Shown: positions 48,782 through 58,686 of the stretch, piece after piece
Layout: the number at the start of each line of letters is the position of its first letter
How positions within the stretch are numbered: the stretch's first letter is position 1
IMG/VR virus record: IMGVR_UViG_3300027746_000644
Location: 1 to 64,000 of that record
Length of the DNA: 64,000 bases
Origin: a virus
Strand: one strand, 5' to 3'
Made by a program: the position numbers and the translations under genes
Notes under the pieces: model-generated
The model's input: the letters and a program-made list of their open reading frames with translations, nothing else
What the model was told of the DNA's origin: nothing
Database searches by the model: none

Positions 48782-49262
48782 TCCAGTATTGAAACAATCA
48801 GCAGTGCCTTGGCAATTTCAAGTTGCAGATGACTTTGAGCAAGCTAGAAAGATTGAGCAGGAAATGATCAGCTTGATGAAGTCGGCAAATGGTATTGGTT
48901 TGGCTGCACAACAAGTTGGTTTATTAAAACGTGTGTTTGTCATGCGTACACAAGACGGTAGAGAATTTGGTGTGTTTAATCCTGTTATAATAGAAGTAAA
49001 TAATGAAAAGGAACTAGGCGAAGAAGGATGTCTAAGTTTTCCAGATCTATGGTTAAAAGTTGAACGCAGTAAAAGTTTGATTGCAAAATACCTTGACAAT
49101 ACGGGAGAAGAGCGTATAATACAATTAGAGGGTCTAGATGCTAGGTGTTTTTTACACGAATTAGATCATTTAGACGGAGTATGTTTCATAGATGGACTGA
49201 GTCCTCTGAAACTATCGATGGCAATTAAAAAACAGAGGAAATTAAATGGTAGAACCAAGTGA
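48759..49262 (+). CDS. def: peptide deformylase
   Basis: GIGLAAQQ, EGCLS, HELDH. Confidence 0.95.
   Translation: MKLIKHPDPVLKQSAVPWQFQVADDFEQARKIEQEMISLMKSANGIGLAAQQVGLLKRVFVMRTQDGREFGVFNPVIIEVNNEKELGEEGCLSFPDLWLKVERSKSLIAKYLDNTGEERIIQLEGLDARCFLHELDHLDGVCFIDGLSPLKLSMAIKKQRKLNGRTK
49093..49120 (+). promoter_or_regulatory. internal sigma70 promoter within def, upstream of clpA
   Basis: TTGACA (49093-49098), 16 bp, TATAAT (49115-49120). Confidence 0.6.
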
Positions 49263-51519
49263 TAACTTGCAGGCAGTATTTGAAAAGGCTTTAGAAACTG
49301 CTAAAAAACTGCATCATGAATATTTGACAATTGAACATATTTTTCTATCCATGCTAATGGAAGAATCCTTTGTTAGTTGTTTACAAAGTTTTGGTTCAAA
49401 TCCTGAAACTATGAAGTCAGAATTGACCGATTATTTAAAAAATAAATGCAGTGAAATTACTGTACAAGATGTAGTTGTTAAGCCTAAGAAAACTCAAAGT
49501 GTTGAACGTGTACTTAATCGTGCATTTACTCAAGTGCTGTTCAACGGCAGGCAACGCATCGAACCCACTGATGTTTTTGTAGCCATGATGGGTGAAAAAC
49601 GCAGTTGGGCATACTTTTATATTTCAAAAGCTGGCATTGATAGAGATAAGTTTGCTGACTTCTTAAACAATAGTTCCGATGAACCCGAAGAAGACCAACA
49701 AGAAAGTAGTGGACAGCCAAGTAAAGCACTACAGGCATTTACTACAAATTTAAACGTTCAAGTAGAAAAAAATAAAATTGATCCAGTTATTGGTCGCGTT
49801 GACGAATTAGAAAACATTGCTCTTGCAATGGGTCGTCGTAACAAAAATAATGTCATCCTAGTTGGTGATCCGGGTGTAGGTAAGACTGCTATAGCAGAAG
49901 GACTAGCCTATAATATTGTTAAAGGTGCAGTTCCGGACTTTCTAAAAGATTATACTGTTTATAATTTGGATATTTCAGCTATGTTGGCTGGATCCAAGTA
50001 TCGCGGCGATTTTGAAGAAAGATTCAAAGCAGTTATCAAAGCTCTTCAAAAGAAAGGCAAGACTGTGCTGTTCATCGACGAGGCACACATGATCTCTGGC
50101 GCAGGATCTGCTGGTAACTCAGCTAACGATCTCGCTAACATGATGAAACCGGCTCTAAGCAAAGGCAACATTAAAGTTGTGGCCAGTACTACTTGGGAAG
50201 AATATCGCAAACACTTTGAAAAGGATCGTGCGTTGATGCGACGATTCCAACGTATCACTGTTGACGAACCTACTTTAGAAGTAACATTACAAATCCTCAA
50301 AGGTATTAAAAAGTATTACGAAGGTTTTCACAATGTTAAGATCAAAGACGATGCATTACATTCAGCAATCAAACTAAGTGTAAAATATCAAACAGATAAG
50401 AAACTTCCAGATAAGGCAATTGATTTGATTGACTTGGCTTGTAGTCGTTTCAATCTTAAACTTGCAGATGAGCGTGTTATTACTGAACGTGAAATTCAAT
50501 ACGAACTTGCCAAGATGGTTCAAATACCCGAAGAGCAAGTTTCAGAAACTGAAAGTGCAAATATTTCCAAGTTACAAGATAATGTCAGTGCAGATGTGTT
50601 TGGACAAGAGTCAGCTGTTGGAGAAATAGTGGATAAAATTATTGTTGCTCAAGCTGGACTCAAGAGTGAAAACAAACCCGTTGGTTCTTTTGTGTTCATG
50701 GGGCCAACTGGTTGCGGTAAGACTGAAACTGCCAAGAGTTTGGCCAAGCACTTGGGTGTTAAACTATTGCGCTTTGACATGTCAGAGTACCAAGAGAAGC
50801 ACAGCATTTCCAAACTAATTGGATCACCTCCGGGTTATGTGGGCTTTGAAGAAAATGCTGGCTTGTTGATTACTCAGATTCAAGAAAATCCCAATGCTGT
50901 GCTGTTGTTTGACGAAGTTGAAAAGTCACATCCAGATGTGTCAACTGTGTTGTTGCAAATTATGGACAATGGATTTATTACTGGTTCAAATGGTAAAAAA
51001 GCCGACTGCCGCAACATTGTGTTAATTCTTACTACAAACGCAGGTGCTCAGGATGCTGATAAGAACACAATTGGATTTGGCGCACAGGAAAAAGACTACA
51101 GTGATAAAGATTTGAAGAAGTTTTTTACTCCTGAATTCCGTAATCGTTTAGATGCAGTTATTACCTTTAACAAACTTAATAAAGAAACAATGGTCAAAGT
51201 TGTTACCAAGTTCATAGACGAGTTGCGTGAGCAAGTTAAAGACAAGGGCATCCGCATTAAAATTAACAACGAAGCTACTAACTGGCTGATCGCCAAAGGC
51301 TTTGACAGCAAGATGGGTGCTCGTCCACTGCAACGTGTTATTGACAAGGAAATCAAACGTGACCTTGCTCGCATGATGTTGTTTGGCGATTTGAAGAACG
51401 GTGGTTGGTTAACTATCTCTATTGATGATGATAAAATATCATTAGTGGCCAAAAGTAAAGCTTCTAAAGTTCCAATGCTGGCTATTGAAAATAACGAAAA
51501 TGCAGTTCAAGCAAACTAA
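49246..51519 (+). CDS. clpA: ATP-dependent Clp protease ATPase subunit ClpA
   Basis: N-domain HEYLTIEH, two AAA+ modules (GDPGVGKT, GPTGCGKT), no middle domain, IGF ClpP-docking loop, GARPL. Confidence 0.92.
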   Translation: MVEPSDNLQAVFEKALETAKKLHHEYLTIEHIFLSMLMEESFVSCLQSFGSNPETMKSELTDYLKNKCSEITVQDVVVKPKKTQSVERVLNRAFTQVLFNGRQRIEPTDVFVAMMGEKRSWAYFYISKAGIDRDKFADFLNNSSDEPEEDQQESSGQPSKALQAFTTNLNVQVEKNKIDPVIGRVDELENIALAMGRRNKNNVILVGDPGVGKTAIAEGLAYNIVKGAVPDFLKDYTVYNLDISAMLAGSKYRGDFEERFKAVIKALQKKGKTVLFIDEAHMISGAGSAGNSANDLANMMKPALSKGNIKVVASTTWEEYRKHFEKDRALMRRFQRITVDEPTLEVTLQILKGIKKYYEGFHNVKIKDDALHSAIKLSVKYQTDKKLPDKAIDLIDLACSRFNLKLADERVITEREIQYELAKMVQIPEEQVSETESANISKLQDNVSADVFGQESAVGEIVDKIIVAQAGLKSENKPVGSFVFMGPTGCGKTETAKSLAKHLGVKLLRFDMSEYQEKHSISKLIGSPPGYVGFEENAGLLITQIQENPNAVLLFDEVEKSHPDVSTVLLQIMDNGFITGSNGKKADCRNIVLILTTNAGAQDADKNTIGFGAQEKDYSDKDLKKFFTPEFRNRLDAVITFNKLNKETMVKVVTKFIDELREQVKDKGIRIKINNEATNWLIAKGFDSKMGARPLQRVIDKEIKRDLARMMLFGDLKNGGWLTISIDDDKISLVAKSKASKVPMLAIENNENAVQAN

Positions 51520-52132
51520 AAAGTTATTTTACGGAAAATATCAATACAAAATTGTGTTGGTATTTTCTGGTGCCCATTTATTTAGAGGCGCACCAAGTGA
51601 TGTTATCGCTGACCGTATAAAACATGTAAAATTAGAAACTGATATATATGCTAGAAAACGCTGGACTATAAAAACCGAAGAAGAATTAAAATATGCAGTT
51701 AAATTAGAACATGCGCTTTCCAATTTAGAAAACTTTGAGTTGCGTGTTGAAACGCCATGGGTTACCATATACACCAACAATAAAAAAGATGTTGACAAGT
51801 TATCAAACTTGGATAAATCCCGTGTAAAGTACATCTGCGAACCCTTAAAAGGCACAACTTTAGAAGAAAACACAGTTATCTTACCTAAAATAAAGTACGA
51901 TTACAGAGTAACACTGGGCAAGACTTCACAAGAATACAGCACCTTTATCACGTGGGCCAACACTAATTCCAAAATAAAACTGACTAAATCCTGCAAAACT
52001 GAACTGTTAAGAAATACCAGTTGGGGCGGCAGTTACTTTTATATAACGGGTGATAATAACCTACTTATGGCCAAGATGCATCTCTGCGGTGCAATTTCCA
52101 AAGTTGAGCGGGTCGTTAACGAGAAAGCCTAA
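51500..52132 (+). CDS. hypothetical protein
   Basis: Long ORF overlapping the clpA end; likely start is the ATG at 51500. Confidence 0.75.
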   Translation: MQFKQTKKLFYGKYQYKIVLVFSGAHLFRGAPSDVIADRIKHVKLETDIYARKRWTIKTEEELKYAVKLEHALSNLENFELRVETPWVTIYTNNKKDVDKLSNLDKSRVKYICEPLKGTTLEENTVILPKIKYDYRVTLGKTSQEYSTFITWANTNSKIKLTKSCKTELLRNTSWGGSYFYITGDNNLLMAKMHLCGAISKVERVVNEKA

Positions 52133-52150
52133 ACACTAATTGCGTTTTAC

Positions 52151-52158
52151 GATAAATA
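52151..52158 (+). promoter_or_regulatory. T4-type late promoter heading the late block
   Basis: Intergenic GATAAATA. Confidence 0.6.
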
Positions 52159-52216
52159 CTCTAAAGGCGAGCATGTGTCGCTATACATGTAATTTTTGTT
52201 AAAACCGGGCTTTATA

Positions 52217-52588
52217 ATGCGTATACGTGAACTATTAGAAAATAAATTCTTTAAAGATTTAGATTTTGTTAAATCTACCGAAAATGGGCGAGAACTTGAC
52301 TATGACTTAGTAGAAGACTTGACCCATTTCATGAATCATGACGATGATGTGTATCGCCGCCATGTTTACCCAAGTATTGCCAACTGTTTGGATCGTGCCA
52401 ACAACAAGCGTTCAATAAATCCTGACATTTTTAAACCAGCTGTTGTGAGTAGCTATAAACTGTACGTTAAAAAATTCCCAATACGCGAGCTACCTGAGTC
52501 GTTAGACGAAAAAACTGTTACCAGTGTTTGCAAAAAGATGCAGGAAGACTTTAAGCAACACCTGGCTGATGGCAAGTACAAGGACTAA
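52217..52588 (+). CDS. hypothetical protein, putative head-targeted
   Basis: Begins MRIRELLE. Confidence 0.75.
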   Translation: MRIRELLENKFFKDLDFVKSTENGRELDYDLVEDLTHFMNHDDDVYRRHVYPSIANCLDRANNKRSINPDIFKPAVVSSYKLYVKKFPIRELPESLDEKTVTSVCKKMQEDFKQHLADGKYKD

Positions 52589-52590
52589 TT

Positions 52591-53805
52591 GTGCTATTAA
52601 GAGAATTGTTTTTACGTGAAGCTGTTGAACCTGTCAAAGCTAAAGTTGGCAGAGCATTCAACCACGTGGAAGATTTAACGTTCTTGCATGGCACTGCTGG
52701 TGTAATCAAGGCACTTGAACATATACGCAAAGCAGGAACAGTGAGTTCAGAAAATACTAGATTTAAATGGGACGGTGCTCCTCAAATCTATTGGGGCTAT
52801 ACCAAAGACGGCCAGTTTATCCTATGCGGGCACAACGGATGGAGTCGTGGCGGAACAGGTACCAGTGATGTGAGTGACTTTACCAGTGTGCGTGGCATTT
52901 ACAATTTTATTTTAAACAAAAGTGGAGATGCAGGCAGCGATCCTGCAAAACAAGCAGAGCGCCAACAATTTGCTACAGAATTTAGTCACTTGTATGAAAT
53001 TTTCAAAGCCGCTACTAAAGTTCCAAGAAAAGGCAAAGAAATTTATTTTTATGCAGATGGATTGTTTACAACTCCTCCTGAAGAAGTAAATGGTGTATAC
53101 GAGCTAAATCCCAATTTAAAAAGTCAAACACAATATCATATAGCTACTAATACAGCATTGGGCACAAGAATTGCAGAAGGTGCCCAGGCTATGGTTGCGG
53201 CGCATGGTAGTTTTGATAATTTTGGTGCTGGCGACAGTGCGCAAAAGCCAGTTAAAGATTTCACAACGTACATGATGCCAACCACAGAGTTGATTGTGCT
53301 GAGTCCTTATTATGCCAAAGTACAACCAAAATTAGATACCAAAGCTATTGATAAAATTGAAATGGATCTTGGCAAAGATAAAGCAACCATTGATGCGTTC
53401 TTATCGCCTATTCCAAAAGTATCAAATTTCAAAGGCATTATATATCGTTACATGAACGAAAAATCTAAAGCAGGACAGTTGGCTAATGTAGGTGACGATT
53501 TTATGACTTGGGTTGATTTAGGTGCAAGTGGCATGGTTAAATCAGACAGCATGAAATTAAATATTAGATCTCGTATAGATGCAGTACCGGCTGGCGTTAC
53601 TACTATTTTCAATTATGTTAAACGAATTATGAATTTAAAAAATCAACTGCTATCACAGTTAGAAATGAGTCCTCCAGAAATCAAAGTTATCAACTCCGAA
53701 GGTTGGGTACAGTATGACGCCGCAGGAGATATGCATACCAAATTTGTTCCAAGAGACAATGTTCAACATAATAGCGGAGAAATATTGCCAAGGTGGGTAC
53801 CATGA
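52591..53805 (+). CDS. ligase-like nucleotidyltransferase-fold protein (DUF6267-like)
   Basis: GTG start, HVEDL, KWDGAP (KxDG), EGWV, KFV; the family name is from recall. Confidence 0.55.
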   Translation: MLLRELFLREAVEPVKAKVGRAFNHVEDLTFLHGTAGVIKALEHIRKAGTVSSENTRFKWDGAPQIYWGYTKDGQFILCGHNGWSRGGTGTSDVSDFTSVRGIYNFILNKSGDAGSDPAKQAERQQFATEFSHLYEIFKAATKVPRKGKEIYFYADGLFTTPPEEVNGVYELNPNLKSQTQYHIATNTALGTRIAEGAQAMVAAHGSFDNFGAGDSAQKPVKDFTTYMMPTTELIVLSPYYAKVQPKLDTKAIDKIEMDLGKDKATIDAFLSPIPKVSNFKGIIYRYMNEKSKAGQLANVGDDFMTWVDLGASGMVKSDSMKLNIRSRIDAVPAGVTTIFNYVKRIMNLKNQLLSQLEMSPPEIKVINSEGWVQYDAAGDMHTKFVPRDNVQHNSGEILPRWVP

Positions 53806-54896
53806 AGTTAAGAGAGATGTTTGAAGGTGAGCAACCAGCCAATAGTGTAAAAACTATTGGAATTTCTTTTGGACGATTTAATCCTCCGCACAAAGGCCAT
53901 GCGGGTGTATGGAAAGCCGCTAGTAAAAATCCTATTTGGTATGTTGGTACTAATGACAGCACATCCGGTCCAAAAGATCCCTTGCCATATGACGTTAAAT
54001 TACAATGCATGGCCGCAGTGTTTCCAGCAGTTGCAGGGCATGTGGTTCCTGAACAAGGTCTATTAACATTGGCAACCAGTGTTTACAACAAGTACGGTGA
54101 GAATGTGCATTTGAAAGTGTACACTGACGAGTCATGACTAGCTGATGTACTGGTCAAATACAACGGTGCTGAAAGCGAACACGGCATGTACAAATTTAAA
54201 CATATCGAACATGTGGCAACAGAACGATTGGCAAGTGCAACTGATTTACGATCAGCTGTTAGATCAGGTAATCGTAAAGAATTTTATCGTGACATGGGAG
54301 TTAATCCCAGTGTAACTGTTGAAGTTGATGGAGAAGACAAGCCTATATTTGATGTAGTTGCTCATTATCTAAATCAATATCCAGAGAAAGCAAAACGTGC
54401 AGTTAAAGCAAAAGAAGATGCCGCTGGTGTTGGCATTATTACAACACAAAATACTACAGTTGATGTGAATAAAAATACTCCTAATAAAAATCTTCGTGCT
54501 TTTCGATTAGAAGAACAAATTAAAGAAATGACTGCAATGATTGAATCGTCTCAAGCCAAGATGACAAAACGTCAACAGCAACCAACTCGAGGTGTTAACA
54601 CTTATGGTGATAGCGAGCATATGAGCGGTGATTATACTGCATATCGTTTAGGTATGGCAGTTGCTGGTGCTAATGGTAAAGATCCAATTGAAATGAAGGC
54701 TAAGAGTTGGATTGGTAAAAGTAAATCTACTCATCCTTATACTCAAGAAGAACAAGACATGTTAAAACAAGCATACAAAGTTGTCGGTGCTGAATATCAA
54801 GACACAAATAAAGGTGACATGAAGAGCCGAGAATTAGATTCTACACATAAAGTTAGTCCTGTGGCCAAGCCTAAACGAAACAAATACGGAGTATAA
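53802..54896 (+). CDS. cytidylyltransferase-like (HxGH) protein interrupted by one in-frame TGA at 54135-54137
   Basis: FGRFNPPHKGH, KDPL; the frame stays open past the TGA into RLASATDLR, the SxT/R motif of this fold. Track ORFs 53793 and 54186 are in the same frame. Confidence 0.7.
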
Positions 54897-54897
54897 C

Positions 54898-55335
54898 GTG
54901 GACGAAAAATATCACTTAGCATTAAAAACAACATTTGCCAGCGAATATGCATTTGCTATCAAAGCGCAGAATTTTCATTGGAACGTAGAAGGTCCATTGT
55001 TTGTGCAACTACACGATTTGTTTGAACGCATTTATACAGAAGTATACGGAAGCATTGACACGTTTGCAGAAGAACTACGTGCTTTACAAATATACACTCC
55101 TGCTAGTTTATCCAAGTTCAGTATGCTGACTAAGGTTGAAGATGAAAATTCAGTTCCTGAATTTCAAGACATGTTACGTGAACTGTTAGCTGATAGTGAT
55201 AAAATGGCCAATATGTTTAAGATAGTGTTTGCCATGTCTGAAGAAGCCGGCGATCACGGACTAAGCGACTTCTTAGCAGGTCGTCAAGATGCACATAAGA
55301 AGCATAGCTGGATGTTAAGGGCAAGTTTAAAATGA
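54898..55335 (+). CDS. dps: Dps / DNA-binding ferritin-like protein
   Basis: FHWNVEGPLFVQLHDLFE, IDTFAE, HKKHSWML. Confidence 0.93.
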   Translation: MDEKYHLALKTTFASEYAFAIKAQNFHWNVEGPLFVQLHDLFERIYTEVYGSIDTFAEELRALQIYTPASLSKFSMLTKVEDENSVPEFQDMLRELLADSDKMANMFKIVFAMSEEAGDHGLSDFLAGRQDAHKKHSWMLRASLK

Positions 55336-55619
55336 AACAATATAGGATCACTACACAGGATTTGAATCAAAGTGCAGACGACGATTGTTATCTTGATCCT
55401 GATGATCCTATACACGAATTAAAAGCATTAGCTGGGTTAGGCGGGTTAGGCGGTGAAGCAAGATTGCATGAATATCGTGCTGGCTTAGGCAGTAACATCA
55501 GCGTGACTGGTGATAACAACGGCGAGATACAGCGTAAGAATAATATTAAACCAGGAACTCCTGAATGGTTCAAGTTATGGTTTAGTTTACCATACATGAC
55601 TGGGGAGAAGAAATTATGA
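55332..55619 (+). CDS. hypothetical protein
   Basis: ELKALAGL, NIKPGTPEWFKLWF; ATGA-coupled. Confidence 0.75.
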   Translation: MKQYRITTQDLNQSADDDCYLDPDDPIHELKALAGLGGLGGEARLHEYRAGLGSNISVTGDNNGEIQRKNNIKPGTPEWFKLWFSLPYMTGEKKL

Positions 55620-56227
55620 AAATGACGGATTTAGATGCAAGTGTTAAACAAGATATAGTAGAAAGTGAAAAGAAAGGACTATACTACTATGTGAACAAAC
55701 GTAAAAAAGCAGGCACTAGCAGAGATGCTGATAGTCCCAAAGCACCCACCGCACAGGCTTGGAAAGATGCGGCCACGACTGCCAAGAAGGAAGGTGTATC
55801 AGAAATGCGTGATCGCAGAGATTCAGTTCAACGAGATTATGACTCCAGCATTGCTGGAATGGACGGCAGTGACAAGCGTGAATTCAAACGTCGTGAAATG
55901 GAGCACGAGTTGGGGCACGAAACCAACAACTATGCTGTCAGCATCAATGGTAAAACATGGAAAGTGTTTGGTTCACGTCAAGAAGCCAACCGCGTGTCAA
56001 ATGCCATGGAACGTAAATATCCAGACAAAAAGATTGGTGTACACGCAACAGGCGCTGAAATTAGTGAATCAGCCACGCTGGGTGCTACAAGTGCGGCCAA
56101 TGTGGGAGTAGGTGCAATATACAAGAACAAACCAGTGAATCAGCCCAAAAACAAAAACGGCACTGCTAAAAATGCCCTTGATATGAAGGGTGCCAACCTA
56201 TTGGGCGGCGGCAGCATCAAAAGATAA
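55616..56227 (+). CDS. modular hypothetical protein, putative head-internal
   Basis: Short modules separated by IVE|S, VSE|M and ISE|S. Confidence 0.7.
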   Translation: MKMTDLDASVKQDIVESEKKGLYYYVNKRKKAGTSRDADSPKAPTAQAWKDAATTAKKEGVSEMRDRRDSVQRDYDSSIAGMDGSDKREFKRREMEHELGHETNNYAVSINGKTWKVFGSRQEANRVSNAMERKYPDKKIGVHATGAEISESATLGATSAANVGVGAIYKNKPVNQPKNKNGTAKNALDMKGANLLGGGSIKR

Positions 56228-56254
56228 ATATTACAAGTTAACGGAGTTACAAAC

Positions 56255-57748
56255 ATGTCAGATCAAATGAACCCAATGGGACCAGCAGAGCCAGAAATCA
56301 TGTCGCAAGACGCGGAAAATGTAATTGGATTACAACCCGGACAGTCCGATCGCGAAGGTGCAATGGCCAAAGCTGATTTATACAAAATTGCAAACTATTC
56401 ACACAAGCTGTTTAAACAGATTGATGATCAAGATCAGATGGAAGCCTGGGTACAAGCTAAAATTACCAAAGCCGCTGACTATATTGCATCCGTTTATCAC
56501 TATCTTGAATACGAAATGAAGTTTAGTCAGTATGGCCAAGCTCTAGAAGACAGCGAAGTTTACAGTGAAAGCCAAAAGCGTATTATTAATAATCGCTTGA
56601 TGGAAGCTAAATCCAAAGTTAAAGAACTTAAAAAAGCTCATGCTGGCAAAATTAAGGCTGATGCCGACGACAAAATTGCCGAAGGCATATTGAGTGGCGG
56701 ACATCGTGAATGTACAGAATGTGGCGGCAGTGGCATGGTGTACGAAGAGCCAAAAGCAATTCCGGATCACGTTAAAGGCAAAGTTGAAAAGTACAATCGT
56801 CAAGCCAAAGCATTTCATGCTGCCAGTAAACGTATAGACGCTAACAAGAATGGCATTCCAGACGACGAAGAAATGGAAGAAGGATTTGAAGCAGATGCCA
56901 AAGTTGGTTCTACAAAGAAAACCCCCACTGGCGAATTAACTAAAACTGATACCGGTGTCAAGCATACCAATACCAGCTACAAAGATGACGGCGACGAATT
57001 GGATTCTATTGCCAAATCAGGCAAAGGTGTTAAGAGTCATGCTAAAGCACAAAGTGCCGCTGAGAAGAAAGATCGTGCTCCAGCACAAAAGCAAAGTCCA
57101 AAAAGTGCCAAGACATGGGGCATGAAAGACAGCGAGAAGTTTGACAATAGAGATGGTGCTCCTGCCAAGCCAAAGAAAGAAAAAGAAGCTGAACTAGATG
57201 AATCATTAAAAGGCGGCCAGAAAAAATTAGATGCTAACAAAAATGGCAAGTTAGAAAAAGACGATTTTGCCAAGTTACGTGCTGGCAAAGTTAAAGAGTC
57301 GGCAACAGACAAAAAATGTAATCATACAGACAAGGGTGAGAAGTGTCCAGTACACGGTCTAAAAGAGTGCGGTATGTACGAAGCCGCCAAACCAAGTGCA
57401 GGACTAAGCAAGGCTAAGAAATCAGCAGTTGTTAAAGATGCCAAAGCAGGTAAAGATCTTGGTAAGCCTGGAAAAGGGTTTGACAAGCTAGCCAAGAGTG
57501 CAGGTGGTGGTGAGAAAGGCGAGAAGATTGCCGCTGCCGCTATGTGGAAAAACATCAAAGAAACTACTGCATACATTGCTGAAAAGAAAGCCAAAACAGA
57601 CTGGGATAAAGACGGCAAAAAGGAATCTGAACAAGAAGAACATGCCGGTGTTGTAGACAAAGCTATCAAAGCTAATAAAAAAGAAGTAGTAAAAGAATCA
57701 GCTGACTTGGCTCGTATGAAACAATTCTTAACACGTTTAAACGGTTAG
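56255..57748 (+). CDS. charged modular protein, putative head scaffold/internal protein
   Basis: GATAAATA at 56223-56230; DxNxNG loops, CTECGGSG, CPVHG, many [ILVM]xE sites, C-terminal ESADLARMKQFL. Confidence 0.7.
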   Translation: MSDQMNPMGPAEPEIMSQDAENVIGLQPGQSDREGAMAKADLYKIANYSHKLFKQIDDQDQMEAWVQAKITKAADYIASVYHYLEYEMKFSQYGQALEDSEVYSESQKRIINNRLMEAKSKVKELKKAHAGKIKADADDKIAEGILSGGHRECTECGGSGMVYEEPKAIPDHVKGKVEKYNRQAKAFHAASKRIDANKNGIPDDEEMEEGFEADAKVGSTKKTPTGELTKTDTGVKHTNTSYKDDGDELDSIAKSGKGVKSHAKAQSAAEKKDRAPAQKQSPKSAKTWGMKDSEKFDNRDGAPAKPKKEKEAELDESLKGGQKKLDANKNGKLEKDDFAKLRAGKVKESATDKKCNHTDKGEKCPVHGLKECGMYEAAKPSAGLSKAKKSAVVKDAKAGKDLGKPGKGFDKLAKSAGGGEKGEKIAAAAMWKNIKETTAYIAEKKAKTDWDKDGKKESEQEEHAGVVDKAIKANKKEVVKESADLARMKQFLTRLNG

Positions 57749-57752
57749 TAGT

Positions 57753-58685
57753 ATGCGTATAACTGATGTTGAACCAGGATTTATTTTTGAAGGTGAAAAT
57801 CCTCAATACGCTCAACTAACACAGTTGTTACAGACTGCTCGCGAGCCTTGGGAAAGAAATCAAATCAAATGGCGTATTGAAAATCTACGTAGTTCTGAAG
57901 CCTTGGCGGGCGAGCCTGGTGGAGGTAACGGGGCGCCGTTGGATTCGCAAGGAAACTATATTCCAGTATTGCCTACTAAAGAATGGATGGCTAAAAATCC
58001 AAGTATTGTTAAAACATTGCCTAACGATTGCTTACCTCCAAATATGCAGAAACCTGGAGTATTAGATAAGATTAGCAATGCTATTGGTAAAGGTGCTGAT
58101 GCTGTTTTTAACTGGGCTGATAAACAGCCTAACAGCAGAACAAATCTTGAAAGAGACAAACAACAAAATCGCGACGATGCAAATGGTGTAATGAGAGAAG
58201 GTGCTGATCAAGATTTAGGAAATGGATTTACTTTAACAACTACTGAATTTGAAGGAAAGACAGTGCCAGCTGTACTTGATACACAAGACAAAATATATTG
58301 GATTGAAAATAACACAGGTAGTAGAAACTACGGTATGTCTTCATATATAAAAATTCAAAATGGAAAAGCGGACGGCGGAAGGCCAGGAAATCAAACCTTA
58401 GCCGCAATAAAAGCCGCAGGATGGAACGTACCCGAAACTCGCCAACGCGAACCTCGACCAGAACCTGCTCCATCTGCGCCATTTGTTCCTAAAGATTATC
58501 AAACTGGAGAACCACTGACAAAAGGTCAAGATGGTAAGTGGTACAACAAAGCAGGACAAGAACGCGACAACTTGCATGGCGGGCCAATAATGCCCGGCGG
58601 TACTGCACAGTTTAGAAGTTTAAAAGAAAATTCAGAATTAACTCGCATTAAAGATATAACCAGCAGAGTATTAAAAGGTCAATAA
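57753..58685 (+). CDS. hypothetical protein, putative head-internal
   Basis: MRITDV...IFE|G, VMRE|G, C-terminal LKE|NSELTRIKDI. Confidence 0.7.
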   Translation: MRITDVEPGFIFEGENPQYAQLTQLLQTAREPWERNQIKWRIENLRSSEALAGEPGGGNGAPLDSQGNYIPVLPTKEWMAKNPSIVKTLPNDCLPPNMQKPGVLDKISNAIGKGADAVFNWADKQPNSRTNLERDKQQNRDDANGVMREGADQDLGNGFTLTTTEFEGKTVPAVLDTQDKIYWIENNTGSRNYGMSSYIKIQNGKADGGRPGNQTLAAIKAAGWNVPETRQREPRPEPAPSAPFVPKDYQTGEPLTKGQDGKWYNKAGQERDNLHGGPIMPGGTAQFRSLKENSELTRIKDITSRVLKGQ

Positions 58686-58686
58686 C

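Noticed and set aside
838-55335. Bacterial chromosome or prophage interpretation based on clpP, clpA, dnaJ, def, erpA, sod and dps
   Set aside because: These genes are interleaved with virion, lysis and T4-like replication genes, lack bacterial operon context, and no integrase or att site is visible.
55725-56111. 128-aa alternative-frame ORF and similar short nested ORFs in the track
   Set aside because: No RBS, atypical composition, and fully overlapped by better-supported genes; only the lipobox ORF at 46097 has independent support.
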